A DNA stretch of 64,000 bases, from the IMG/VR virus record IMGVR_UViG_3300023116_000031, positions 9,823-73,822 of that record; one strand, given 5' to 3'. Below are positions 44,123-53,823 of this stretch, in pieces (position 1 is the stretch's first letter; each line of letters starts with the position of its first letter). The stretch comes from a virus. The notes below the pieces were generated by a model. It had not been told where the DNA came from. It saw only the letters and a program-made list of their open reading frames with translations, and ran no database searches. A program made the translations under genes and the position numbers.

Positions 44123-47100
44123 TATATCTGGATTAGCATATGCTGGACAGTTAACTCCCGGTACCGACACTACAACATTTACTTCAGGTACCAATATTAG
44201 TTCATCTGAAGTTAATACTAACTTTAACAATATCATTAATGATGGAGTGAATGACAACGCCACTGATATTAATAATCTGACTAACCGAGTTGTTGTTCTT
44301 GAACCTCAGGTTATAACTGTTGCATCATCAAATATAGTCCCCATAACAATAAACTCATTCCACACAATTACTGGTAATACAGAAATCAAAAATTTTGTTG
44401 TGGCAGCTAACGCCGCGCCTGAGGCGGGTTCAAAATTTACAGTTAAATTTCAAAACAATATTGTTTTGGCTCACGATGATTCGAGTGTTCAGGCCGCCGG
44501 CCGGCTTTCTCTTCTTGGTTCAGCGGATACTGAATATCTCGCAGGCGACATTGTTGAATTTATATCGGACGGAACAATTCTATATGAAATTCCCCAAGCG
44601 CCGAGAGATTTCATCTTCGGAAATATTGACCCCGACCCCAACTCAATCAAGTCGATGCACACTATGACAACTATTGCTTCTAGGGATGATGGATATATCG
44701 ACAATTTTAGACTTGAATCTCCATATCACGCGAGAACGACCGCGATTACTTCACGATGGGCAATAGATGGTGAGAAGGTTTATTGTACCGCAGCCGGCTG
44801 GCCAACTACGAGAACAGAGACAGGCTGGAACTTAAACACAGCGAAGCCTTGGAAGGAGTGCCCAGCTACAAACGAAAGCGGTACAATTAGTTTCCCAGCA
44901 ACGCTCAAAACAAAGACGACTGCACTCAACCTGGATCATACGAATGCAACAGCGAGTGAGGCTCATGCTCTGGCAATCCAGCTTTGGTCTGCTGGTGATA
45001 CTGATCCCAATGGTGTTCACCTCAACCTCTGGCTTGGAGGTGGATCTCAAACTGGTGGGGACGAGGGACCAAACATTATGCGTCTGACAGTGGACGACTC
45101 CACTCATACGCCATCAGGATATACTGTTGTTCCTGCCACTGTTTCAGGGTTGGACCCTGCTACGCTCGTAACGCTTAATGTAGTAAATAGCGGCGGCGGC
45201 GACGCGGTGATGGGAGAAACAGCAACGAAGGGTGTCGGTGAAGGGAGACTTATTGTCTTCAAGCCAAGCGGGGGATACATCACCTCGACAGGAAATACCA
45301 TTCAGCCTCCAGGTACAACCTCTGGTGGCGCGCCGTATGCTATAGATCAAACGGAACCTATTCCACAGGACAGGTTACCCTATGCTCAAGGTTCGTTCCC
45401 TCCCCTCCGAGGCCAATCAGGAGGATATGGAGGGCATGATGGATGGTGGTACATCACTGGAGCAGATCCAACCGGATGGGCATCAGTTGAAGTGGGTTGG
45501 TGTGTAAAGGATGATCTTTCCGATTACACACCGGCGGTTGCATATGTTCCGCTCGACGGCAGCTTGGGCTATGAAGACTCAGCTCAATGGCTTTACATCA
45601 GGGATGTGGGAACCTGGGACGACAACGGAACAACACGACCAAGGTTCAGAACAGAATGGTTCTCGCAGAGTCGAGACTACCACTATCCATCAGGAACACT
45701 TTGGGGAGGTAACTATACATTCGCTCCGTGCGCGCATGTTGTGAATCCAATCTATAGTGACACGAACCCGAGTCAAGTTACGTCGATAGAAGTGTTCAAA
45801 GAGACAAGCTGGAGTAGTAGTAGTGGTGTTGTTGAGTTCTATGTACCTTCATATGGTGACATGCCATTCCAAGGTATTACACTCACATTCAACTCCAAGC
45901 TGGGCTCGGGCAATAACGGAACAGGACTGGAGCTTATTCAGCTTCTCGGAAATTCAGGCCCTGGCACGGTGCAACCGACCCGATCTGGTCGATATGCGAT
46001 GGGAACAGGCCTCAGGATGACCACATCAGGTGGGGCCTATAATGGAGAAATTCAGGTCATAAACAACTCACTCAAGGACGGAAAGTATCACCCGTGGGAT
46101 AGAGGAGTTGAGTGTGATTTAGGAGCCTGTAGGATTGGGATCGACTACGACTACTACGATTATCATCAAACGTCGGGTTCTACGGTGATCTCAATTACTC
46201 CGCCGGACAATCCTGCGAAGGCCTTCGGAGGCGCACAAAACTGCGGAAACGGAGGGCTTGATGTGCCCGGCGGCGCGCCGGCCGGCGGCGGATCTTGGGG
46301 AACGGGTGATGGTCTGCTTGAAGCATGTTGGGGCAATGGATACGGAACCTCAAACTACATGAACGTGGTTGACGTAGAAGGACATACCGAGCTGGATCTT
46401 CGACTGACTCGTGTTGGATGGGGAACGGGACGAGGATACTTCCCCGTCATTGGAAAATCTGTATCGGCCGTGGCGCCTGGCGCAGCCAAGGATGGTCAGG
46501 CTGTGGTCTGGGATGATACAAATCAGTATCACGAATACGCTCCGATTCTTGATCTTACAGCTCTGGAAACAGGCATTCAAAGTGATTACGTTATCAAGTG
46601 GAATGGCGCAAATTGGACAGCAGCCCCGGATGCTGGTGGATTGGGATCAACGACGGTCGCGGGAATGTCGGATACTACTATCGCATCTCCATCGGCGGGA
46701 GAGGTGTTGTTATACAATGATGATACCAACACCTGGAAAAACGAAAAGTCTTTGGTCCCAAGGCAAACATTCGCCGGGTCCTCGGGCGTGACGCAACCCT
46801 CTACATACGCAACCGCTGTTGTGTATGACGTATCGTTAGCACCGGCTGAAACGGGATTTGGACGAAAACATAAAGTGACATTCAATAACTTGTATCACAA
46901 TACAAATGGCAATTTTCAGAAGATCGGAATCGAACTCAGTAGTGATGGCGGAGCTAATTGGATCAACTCCGGTCTTTACTACAACTTCATTACACAAAAG
47001 GCAAACGGGCTCTTCACCGGAAGTGCTGGGTTCGGTTCAAATGCGACCCAAGTATACATTCAAACCGAAGGCTCTGGGCAGTCAATCACAGGCGTCAAAG

Positions 47101-47357
47101 AACTTACATTTGAGATTGACCAAGCGTACTCAGGGGGGAGTCCGACAGGAATTAAGGTTGATGGGTTGCTTACCATGCTAATCGGCGGAAATCAACAGCT
47201 TGCAAGGGTGACTGGATTTATAAACACAACTGGTACCACGGTAATTACGAATGATGTCACAAATATTCGATTGTCATTTGGCACCCAGGCGCCAGGAAGT
47301 CCAGATCAAAGTGTAATCAGTTCGTTGTGGACATCGGAGACGTATCTTATTGACTAA
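44082..47357 (+). CDS. Large secreted tail-fibre-like protein
   Basis: Signal peptide MRWKKTLAALVAISISGLAYA|; FTSGTNISSSEVNTNF plus coiled coil; fibre repeats GQAVVWD, VIKWNGANW, SDTTIASPSAGEVLLYN...W.N. Confidence 0.75.
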   Translation: MRWKKTLAALVAISISGLAYAGQLTPGTDTTTFTSGTNISSSEVNTNFNNIINDGVNDNATDINNLTNRVVVLEPQVITVASSNIVPITINSFHTITGNTEIKNFVVAANAAPEAGSKFTVKFQNNIVLAHDDSSVQAAGRLSLLGSADTEYLAGDIVEFISDGTILYEIPQAPRDFIFGNIDPDPNSIKSMHTMTTIASRDDGYIDNFRLESPYHARTTAITSRWAIDGEKVYCTAAGWPTTRTETGWNLNTAKPWKECPATNESGTISFPATLKTKTTALNLDHTNATASEAHALAIQLWSAGDTDPNGVHLNLWLGGGSQTGGDEGPNIMRLTVDDSTHTPSGYTVVPATVSGLDPATLVTLNVVNSGGGDAVMGETATKGVGEGRLIVFKPSGGYITSTGNTIQPPGTTSGGAPYAIDQTEPIPQDRLPYAQGSFPPLRGQSGGYGGHDGWWYITGADPTGWASVEVGWCVKDDLSDYTPAVAYVPLDGSLGYEDSAQWLYIRDVGTWDDNGTTRPRFRTEWFSQSRDYHYPSGTLWGGNYTFAPCAHVVNPIYSDTNPSQVTSIEVFKETSWSSSSGVVEFYVPSYGDMPFQGITLTFNSKLGSGNNGTGLELIQLLGNSGPGTVQPTRSGRYAMGTGLRMTTSGGAYNGEIQVINNSLKDGKYHPWDRGVECDLGACRIGIDYDYYDYHQTSGSTVISITPPDNPAKAFGGAQNCGNGGLDVPGGAPAGGGSWGTGDGLLEACWGNGYGTSNYMNVVDVEGHTELDLRLTRVGWGTGRGYFPVIGKSVSAVAPGAAKDGQAVVWDDTNQYHEYAPILDLTALETGIQSDYVIKWNGANWTAAPDAGGLGSTTVAGMSDTTIASPSAGEVLLYNDDTNTWKNEKSLVPRQTFAGSSGVTQPSTYATAVVYDVSLAPAETGFGRKHKVTFNNLYHNTNGNFQKIGIELSSDGGANWINSGLYYNFITQKANGLFTGSAGFGSNATQVYIQTEGSGQSITGVKELTFEIDQAYSGGSPTGIKVDGLLTMLIGGNQQLARVTGFINTTGTTVITNDVTNIRLSFGTQAPGSPDQSVISSLWTSETYLID

Positions 47358-47369
47358 ATGAGGGCAAGA

Positions 47370-47615
47370 ATGAAGTATTCTCTATTTCTATTATTGATTA
47401 TAACACTTACTACCGGATGCGCTTCTTGGTGGAAAACTGACGTTGTGGTATCCTACGAGCCTCCAAGGTGTGATATTATCTGGGAGTCGGATGATCGCGC
47501 AGAATTAATTGCCTTTATGGACAGCGAGCTACCATCAGATAAGGTATTCGAGAAGATTGCCGAATATCGGCGGTATTGTAACGCTGTGAATGATTATATC
47601 AACGGAGCTGAGTAG
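47370..47615 (+). CDS. Lipoprotein, putative outer-membrane spanin (Rz1-like)
   Basis: Lipobox LTTG|C; Pro and Cys in the mature part; alternative start 47358. Confidence 0.6.
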   Translation: MKYSLFLLLIITLTTGCASWWKTDVVVSYEPPRCDIIWESDDRAELIAFMDSELPSDKVFEKIAEYRRYCNAVNDYINGAE

Positions 47616-47621
47616 AAACAC

Positions 47622-47650
47622 TTGACATATGTGCTTCGCGTGATTATACT
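47622..47650 (+). promoter_or_regulatory. Sigma70-type promoter, near-leaderless primase transcript
   Basis: TTGACA-N17-TATACT; ATG 6 nt downstream of the -10 box. Confidence 0.7.
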
Positions 47651-47656
47651 TTCAGC

Positions 47657-48667
47657 ATGAAGTATATCGACGTAAAATATCTTCGGCTACTGTCCCCGCA
47701 GCTCAATCTATTTACCGATAAAGGCAATGATCTGTTCAACTTTCGTTGCCCTATCTGTGGTGACTCTGAACGGGATCGAACTCGTGCGCGGGGGTATGTT
47801 TTTCCTGCGGACAATCGCCTGATCTTCAAATGCCATAACTGCGGTGACAGTCGCGGTATTGGCAATCTTCTACGTTCGGTTGATCCTCGTCTTGCTGACG
47901 AATACCGAATGGAGATGTTCGAGGCGAAGTTCGGCAACAAGCCACAGAAGAAGTCTGTGGAGAAGCTGATCACTCCAGCCCCTCTCTTTCAATCAAACTC
48001 GCCATCAAAGGTGCTGCTTGCGCTCGATGGTGTAAAAAGACTTTCTGATCTTCCAAACGATCACGAAGCGTGTCAGTATATGCGTTCGCGCAAGATTGAC
48101 GATTTAAGTGGGCTTTTCTATTGTGACGATGATAACGTGCTGGAGAAGCTGTCTACTGCTTATATTGGAAGGATTAGAGGAGGGGTGTCAAGAATTTTGA
48201 TTCCCTTCACAGATCGGACTGGAAACCTTGTCGGATTGACTGGGAGAGCCTTGTCCCCCGACGCATTGCGCTATCTACATATCAAGATTACCGAAGATCC
48301 CCTGATCTATGGGCTCGACAAGTGGGAGCCTACGGAGTATACATATGTTGTAGAAGGGCAGTTCGATTCGATGTTTCTTCCCAACGCCCTGGCTGTTGGT
48401 GGATCTGATCTCGCCAAGATGACCGAGATTGTTGATAAGCACAATACGGTATTTGTGTTTGACAACGAGCCTCGCAATCGCGAGAATATAAAGAAACTAA
48501 GAAAGCTCGTAGCTGAGGGGTATTCTGTTTGTGTCTGGCCGAGCCAGATTGAGCAGAAAGATGTAAATGATATGGTGATGGCTGGCATCGACGTGAAGAA
48601 GATCATTGATCTAAATACGGAACGTGGTCTGAGTGCGGAGCTGGCAATAAATGATTGGAGTAGATAA
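47657..48667 (+). CDS. g61: DNA primase gp61
   Basis: NFRCPICGDS...CHNCG; TOPRIM EG.FDS, FDNEPRN, KDVND. Confidence 0.95.
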   Translation: MKYIDVKYLRLLSPQLNLFTDKGNDLFNFRCPICGDSERDRTRARGYVFPADNRLIFKCHNCGDSRGIGNLLRSVDPRLADEYRMEMFEAKFGNKPQKKSVEKLITPAPLFQSNSPSKVLLALDGVKRLSDLPNDHEACQYMRSRKIDDLSGLFYCDDDNVLEKLSTAYIGRIRGGVSRILIPFTDRTGNLVGLTGRALSPDALRYLHIKITEDPLIYGLDKWEPTEYTYVVEGQFDSMFLPNALAVGGSDLAKMTEIVDKHNTVFVFDNEPRNRENIKKLRKLVAEGYSVCVWPSQIEQKDVNDMVMAGIDVKKIIDLNTERGLSAELAINDWSR

Positions 48668-49299
48668 TGAGAGCTGAGTATGTGGATCACATGGGATCTG
48701 ATCTAACCGTTGTAAATGCTGCCCGGGTTTCGTTCGATAAACACGCTACGGAGTTCTCTGCCAGAGACGAAAAGCTCATCAAATACTTAGCTTCGCATAA
48801 TCACTTCACTCCCTTCACGCACCCGCAAATCACCGTGCGTGAGACTGTGCCGATCTTCGTTGCGCGTCAGCGTTTCAAGCACACGGTTGGATTCACCTAC
48901 AACGAGGTGTCTCGGAGATACGTTTCCGATGATCCTGAGTTCTTCATTCCCGAGGAGTGGCGAGCTTCTGCTGAAAATGTCAAGCAGGGATCATCAAGTG
49001 ATGCCGTAGAGGAGCCGTGGTTGACTGAAGCTGTTGAAGCACATCACGAAATGTCATTATCCCTATATAAGAAACTCATGGAATCGGGAGTCTGTAATGA
49101 GCAAGCTCGTATGGTTCTTCCACAGTCCATGTATACCTCATATTATGTGACAGGATCATTATCTGCGTGGGCTCGCGCATATATACTCCGCGCTGAAAAA
49201 ACAGCACAGAAAGAAATCCAAGAGCTTGCTCATATATGGGCGAGCATTCTTGTCCCCCTATTCCCAGCAAGCTGGGCTGCCCTTACGGAAGGAAAGTAA
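48667..49299 (+). CDS. thyX: Flavin-dependent thymidylate synthase
   Basis: VNAARVSF, H.TPF, RQ..KH, NE.SRRY, EQAR.VLP, AQ.EI. Confidence 0.93.
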   Translation: MRAEYVDHMGSDLTVVNAARVSFDKHATEFSARDEKLIKYLASHNHFTPFTHPQITVRETVPIFVARQRFKHTVGFTYNEVSRRYVSDDPEFFIPEEWRASAENVKQGSSSDAVEEPWLTEAVEAHHEMSLSLYKKLMESGVCNEQARMVLPQSMYTSYYVTGSLSAWARAYILRAEKTAQKEIQELAHIWASILVPLFPASWAALTEGK

Positions 49300-51210
49300 A
49301 TGTCAGTCGATCTACCTACGCTCTACCAGTCTTACATTCACCTTTCACGATACTCTCGATGGCTCCCCGAAAAGAACCGTCGTGAAACTTGGGAGGAAAC
49401 GGTAAAGCGTTATTTCGACTTCTTTGAATGGCATCTAGCTGAGAATACCACAGGAAAACTATCAGCGCAGACACGCAATGAGCTAGAACAAGCTGTATTG
49501 AATCTTGAGGTGATGCCTTCTATGCGTTGTCTGATGACAGCAGGTGACGCATTGGCTCGTGAAAATATCGCAGGTTATAACTGCTCGTATGTGGCTATCG
49601 ACAATCTTCGTGCGTTCGACGAAGTGTTGTATATTCTGATGAACGGCACAGGTGTTGGCTTCTCGGTTGAGGAGCATTATGTTCAACAGTTAGGTATTGT
49701 GAATGATGAGTTCAATCAAACCGATACCGTTATTGTTGTTCCCGATTCCAAGTTAGGATGGGCAAAGGCTCTTCGCGAGCTTCTTGCCATGCTCTATGCT
49801 GGGCAAGTTCCTCGATGGGATCTGTCTCGCCTGCGACCCGCTGGCGCGCCATTGAAGACATTTGGCGGCCGCGCATCTGGACCCGAGCCACTGGACACGC
49901 TTTTTAGGTTTTGCGTGAACACGCTAAAAGGTGCGGCTGGTCGCAGGTTAACTTCGCTCGAATGTCACGACATTGTTTGTAAGATCGCAGAGTCGATCGT
50001 TGTCGGTGGTGTTCGTCGGTCTGCCTTGATCTCTCTGTCTAATCTTTCTGATGAAAGAATGCGACATGCAAAGACTGGGCAGTGGTGGGATACAGAAGGG
50101 CAGCGAGCGTTGGCTAACAACTCTGCTGTATATAATGAGAAGCCTGAGATGGGTATCTTCATGCAGGAGTGGTTGTCTCTCTACGAATCAAAGTCGGGAG
50201 AACGTGGTATATTCTCGCGTGCTGCTTCTATCAAGCAATCATTGAAGAATGGTAGACGAGATGCTGAGTGGGAGTTTGGAACAAATCCTTGCTCCGAAAT
50301 TATTCTTCGCCCTCGCGAGTTCTGTAATCTGAGTGAAGTTGTGGTTCGCGCAGATGATACTGAAGAGTCGCTGAAGCGAAAGGTTCGTCTTGCTACCATT
50401 CTCGGAACAATGCAATCAACGCTGACCAACTTCCGCTTCATTAGTGCAGCATGGAAGAAGAACTGCGAAGAGGAACGATTGCTTGGTGTCTCGATGACAG
50501 GCATCATGGATTGCAATCTTACTAACGGTAAGAAGGTTGGATTGGCGAATCGCCTTGAAGAGCTTCGCAATGAAGCAATCAAAACAAATGAAGAGTGGGC
50601 AAAGAACTTCGGTGTCAACCAGTCTGCTGCGATTACTTGCGTCAAGCCTTCGGGAACCGTATCGCAGCTCGTGGATGCAGCGAGTGGTATTCATGCACGT
50701 CACAGCGAATACTATATTCGTACCATTCGAGCAGATAAGAAAGATCCGCTTGCGCGTATGATGGTAGAGAAAGGATTTCCGGTTGAGGATGATGTGATGC
50801 AGCCGGACCATAACTATGTTTTCTCGTTTCCCATCAAGTGCCCGAAGAACGCAATCTTTCGAGAGGATCTGACTGCTATCGAGCAGCTTGAGTTGTGGCT
50901 GACATATCAACGACATTGGTGCGAACACAAGCCTTCTGTTACGATCTCCGTCAAAGAACACGAATGGTTTGAAGTTGGAGCGTGGGTATACAAGCACTTT
51001 GATGAGATGAGTGGTGTATCATTCCTGCCATTCGTTGGGCACATTTATCAACAGGCTCCGTATCAAGATTGCGATAAGGAACAATATGAAAAAGTTTTGA
51101 AGCAGATGCCACAGAATGTAGACTGGGCCGATCTCGCCGAGTATGAAGTATCTGATCAAACCACAGGCAGCCAAGAGCTTGCGTGTGCAGCGGGAGGATG
51201 CGAAATATAA
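49300..51210 (+). CDS. nrdJ: Class II (adenosylcobalamin-dependent) ribonucleotide reductase
   Basis: YNC, GGVRRSA, TNPCSEI, CNL, KPSGT, C-terminal CAAGGCE; no beta subunit adjacent. Confidence 0.92.
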   Translation: MSVDLPTLYQSYIHLSRYSRWLPEKNRRETWEETVKRYFDFFEWHLAENTTGKLSAQTRNELEQAVLNLEVMPSMRCLMTAGDALARENIAGYNCSYVAIDNLRAFDEVLYILMNGTGVGFSVEEHYVQQLGIVNDEFNQTDTVIVVPDSKLGWAKALRELLAMLYAGQVPRWDLSRLRPAGAPLKTFGGRASGPEPLDTLFRFCVNTLKGAAGRRLTSLECHDIVCKIAESIVVGGVRRSALISLSNLSDERMRHAKTGQWWDTEGQRALANNSAVYNEKPEMGIFMQEWLSLYESKSGERGIFSRAASIKQSLKNGRRDAEWEFGTNPCSEIILRPREFCNLSEVVVRADDTEESLKRKVRLATILGTMQSTLTNFRFISAAWKKNCEEERLLGVSMTGIMDCNLTNGKKVGLANRLEELRNEAIKTNEEWAKNFGVNQSAAITCVKPSGTVSQLVDAASGIHARHSEYYIRTIRADKKDPLARMMVEKGFPVEDDVMQPDHNYVFSFPIKCPKNAIFREDLTAIEQLELWLTYQRHWCEHKPSVTISVKEHEWFEVGAWVYKHFDEMSGVSFLPFVGHIYQQAPYQDCDKEQYEKVLKQMPQNVDWADLAEYEVSDQTTGSQELACAAGGCEI

Positions 51211-51356
51211 TGGATGAATTGGATATTGACTGGGATGACATTGACCCAAGAATATGTCGAGCGTGCGAAGCGGAATTCATCGTTATTTTAGCCGATGATC
51301 TTTTGGAAGCGGATCATGCGTTTTGCCCGTTCTGCTCAGAGCCAATGATGGATTAG
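51210..51356 (+). CDS. Small Zn-ribbon protein
   Basis: Hand translation: CRAC...CPFC, 48 aa. Confidence 0.6.
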   Translation: MDELDIDWDDIDPRICRACEAEFIVILADDLLEADHAFCPFCSEPMMD

Positions 51357-51359
51357 CCA

Positions 51360-51941
51360 ATGTTAGTTGTAGGCATTGACTATTCTCTGACATCTCCTGC
51401 GATCTGTCTATATAATACAGACCATGAGTTCAAGTTTAGTAATACAAAGTGTCATTTTCTCGCAAGTAAGAAAATGCACGAAGCCTACGACGATGGCGTA
51501 ATCATATCTGAAAACTACCCGAAACTCTGGACAACGGATGAGGGGAGATATAGTTCGATCGCATATTGGGCAGAACAGGTGATATTCAATGCGTTGGGTC
51601 TATCTTCAAACAATGAAATTTCTATCTTCATTGAAGGTTATGCTTTCGGTGCTTCTGGTAAAGTATTCCACATTGCTGAGAACACTGCCATACTGAAACA
51701 TAAGCTATATAATGCTGGAGTCAGTTATGAAACTGTTGCTCCAACTGCGGTGAAGAAATTTGCAACAGGTAAAGGCAATGCCAATAAAGAGGCAATGTAT
51801 GAAGCATTTGTTGAAGAGACAGGAGAGGACTTGATGATGAAGCTATCCCCAAAAGCAGATAAAGTAAACTCTCCGGTATCTGACATTGTGGATGCTTACT
51901 ATATCTGTAAGTATGGAGTAGCATCCCTTCGGGATGCGTAG
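51360..51941 (+). CDS. RuvC-like (RNase H fold) nuclease/resolvase
   Basis: GIDYS, IEGY, AE, P..VKK.ATGKGNA.K, D..DA. Confidence 0.8.
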   Translation: MLVVGIDYSLTSPAICLYNTDHEFKFSNTKCHFLASKKMHEAYDDGVIISENYPKLWTTDEGRYSSIAYWAEQVIFNALGLSSNNEISIFIEGYAFGASGKVFHIAENTAILKHKLYNAGVSYETVAPTAVKKFATGKGNANKEAMYEAFVEETGEDLMMKLSPKADKVNSPVSDIVDAYYICKYGVASLRDA

Positions 51942-52087
51942 CGTAGCTACTACCTTATTACTATATCTACTTTGGTTTCGGCCGACTACATCTCTATATA
52001 TAAGACAAAGACACAAAAAACACTTGCCAATTTCATAGGCAATCAAAATGGCAAGCATACCATTTTTGACTTATTTCAAAATGATTG

Positions 52088-52115
52088 TTGACATGCTCCG
52101 ATTGGGAGCTATAAT
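52088..52115 (+). promoter_or_regulatory. Consensus sigma70 promoter
   Basis: TTGACA-N16-TATAAT. Confidence 0.75.
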
Positions 52116-52122
52116 ATGGAAC

Positions 52123-52398
52123 ATGATGAAGAACAGAAATTTCAAATGCGTTATTGAATGGCAGCTCAACTCAGCCGAAGGTGAGCTTGAACAGGCAAAT
52201 CAAAGTCTTTTTTGGGCAGAAGAAAATGCTGAAAAGAGAAAGGTAGAAAAGGCTGATGACGTGAATGTCATCGCTGGTATCAATCGTGTGAACTCAGCAC
52301 AAGTTCGCCTTCAGCGAGCAAAAGAGTTAATGGCGGAGCATAAATGTGAAACGCACGCCATTTGCGCCATTTTGAATAAAAGTAAAAATGGTAGTTAG
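52123..52398 (+). CDS. Helical hypothetical protein
   Basis: Start re-assigned to the first ATG downstream of the promoter. Confidence 0.55.
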   Translation: MMKNRNFKCVIEWQLNSAEGELEQANQSLFWAEENAEKRKVEKADDVNVIAGINRVNSAQVRLQRAKELMAEHKCETHAICAILNKSKNGS

Positions 52399-52503
52399 TT
52401 TTTCTGTGTAGTTTGACTACATAGTAATAAGAACAGAGCGGACGGTGCGACGGCGCCCCTTTGTTCTTTATGTAAATCTGTCGTATTTGAAAGGTAATAT
52501 ACT

Positions 52504-52725
52504 ATGGCATTTCGTTCTACTTCTACCAACCGCAAGGTCGTTGACTATCTCGCTTCGGGGAAGACCCTGACCGCTGCACAGGCAAAGGCGCGCTTCGGCG
52601 TCGCCAACCTCCGCGCAACGATCTCCGACATTCGATCGGTTGTCGAGGCTTACGGCAATCACGAGATTTTCTCGGAGACGACCGCTACGGGCAAGACTGC
52701 CTATGGAATGCGATCGTTCAACTAA
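52504..52725 (+). CDS. Small winged-helix DNA-binding protein
   Basis: L..G..LT......RFG..NLRA.IS.IR; strongly biased codons. Confidence 0.75.
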   Translation: MAFRSTSTNRKVVDYLASGKTLTAAQAKARFGVANLRATISDIRSVVEAYGNHEIFSETTATGKTAYGMRSFN

Positions 52726-52740
52726 TCCTAGTTGATAATG

Positions 52741-52834
52741 CTATATTAGAAACTTCGGAGCGTCCATCCGAGTCGGGTCTAATATAGTTTCGAGTCAGGG
52801 GGCTGCGGTCTGATCAGCCGTGGTCCCCTGACTC
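52741..52834 (+). other. Two tandem long RNA hairpins (structured intergenic element)
   Basis: CTATATTAGA...TCTAATATAG (52741-52787) and GAGTCAGGGG...CCCCTGACTC (52792-52834), each with inner pairing. Confidence 0.6.
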
Positions 52835-52848
52835 ATATGGAGGGCACG

Positions 52849-53823
52849 ATGAGCTTTGAGCTTAGTATCAAGAATGACCAAGAAGACAAGACACTTGTTC
52901 ACCCCAACTCGAATGGCGGAACCGAGCAGCTTTATCGTGAGCTGAAAGCGCGCATCGACCCTGACCTCTTTGATAAGTTTAACATCATTCCTTCGCGCGT
53001 TCGCGAAGATATGTTTGATGATCGCCCTACTATTCTCTGGCTTCACGATCTCCCTGAAGATCCAGAGTCAGCCATGCTGGCTAATGCAGAATACCGAAAG
53101 AAGTTCGACAAGATCGTCTTCGTTTCTAACTGGCAGCGCGACGCATACAACCGAGTGCTTGGCGTTCCGCTTGATGAAGGTGTTGTCATCAAGAACGCGA
53201 TTGAGCCTATCATGGATGAGCGCGATGCTCCTAATCCCGATGAGCCTATTCGTCTAACATACTTCTCCACTCCTCATCGTGGTCTTTCCTTGCTATATCC
53301 TGCGCTCCATGTGCTGCGGCAGCATCGTCAGGACTTTACCGTTGACATCTATTCTTCATTCGAGCTTTACGGATGGAAGGATAATGATGCTGCGTTTCAG
53401 GAGTTGTTTGATAAGCTGAGTGGCATTGACGGTGTGAAGCTCCACGGGACCGTGATGAACGCAAAGCTCCGTAATGAGCTTATCCATACCGACATTCTCG
53501 CATATCCCTCCATCTATCAAGAGACGAGCTGTCGCGTTCTGATCGAGTCGATGTGTGCTGGTTTGCTTCCGGTCATTCCTAACTACGCTGCACTTACTGA
53601 GACAGCTTGCGATTTCGCATTCATGTATGAGTGGAGTTCCGATCCGCAGAAGCATGTTGAGACGTTTACGAACACGTTGAACCACGCGATGGATTGTTTT
53701 CGTCTGCCATTTTATCAGAATGTCTTGAAAATGCAGAGAAGCTACTATCAGTATTTCTATGGTTGGGATCTTCGTGCTGCACAATGGACCGCAATGCTCA
53801 CAAAGATGTTGGAGAATAAGTAG
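52849..53823 (+). CDS. GT-B glycosyltransferase (GT4-like)
   Basis: GGTE, W.HD, FVS.WQ, NAI, Y.S.P.RGL, YPS...ET.C....E.M. Confidence 0.85.
   Translation: MSFELSIKNDQEDKTLVHPNSNGGTEQLYRELKARIDPDLFDKFNIIPSRVREDMFDDRPTILWLHDLPEDPESAMLANAEYRKKFDKIVFVSNWQRDAYNRVLGVPLDEGVVIKNAIEPIMDERDAPNPDEPIRLTYFSTPHRGLSLLYPALHVLRQHRQDFTVDIYSSFELYGWKDNDAAFQELFDKLSGIDGVKLHGTVMNAKLRNELIHTDILAYPSIYQETSCRVLIESMCAGLLPVIPNYAALTETACDFAFMYEWSSDPQKHVETFTNTLNHAMDCFRLPFYQNVLKMQRSYYQYFYGWDLRAAQWTAMLTKMLENK

Noticed and set aside
27847-51210. Inteins or introns in g43, g41, primase or nrdJ
   Set aside because: All are uninterrupted and of ordinary length
52741-52834. Possible tRNA
   Set aside because: Two simple hairpins; no cloverleaf, T-loop GTTCRA or CCA. 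No tRNA was found by eye elsewhere; tRNAscan was not run.
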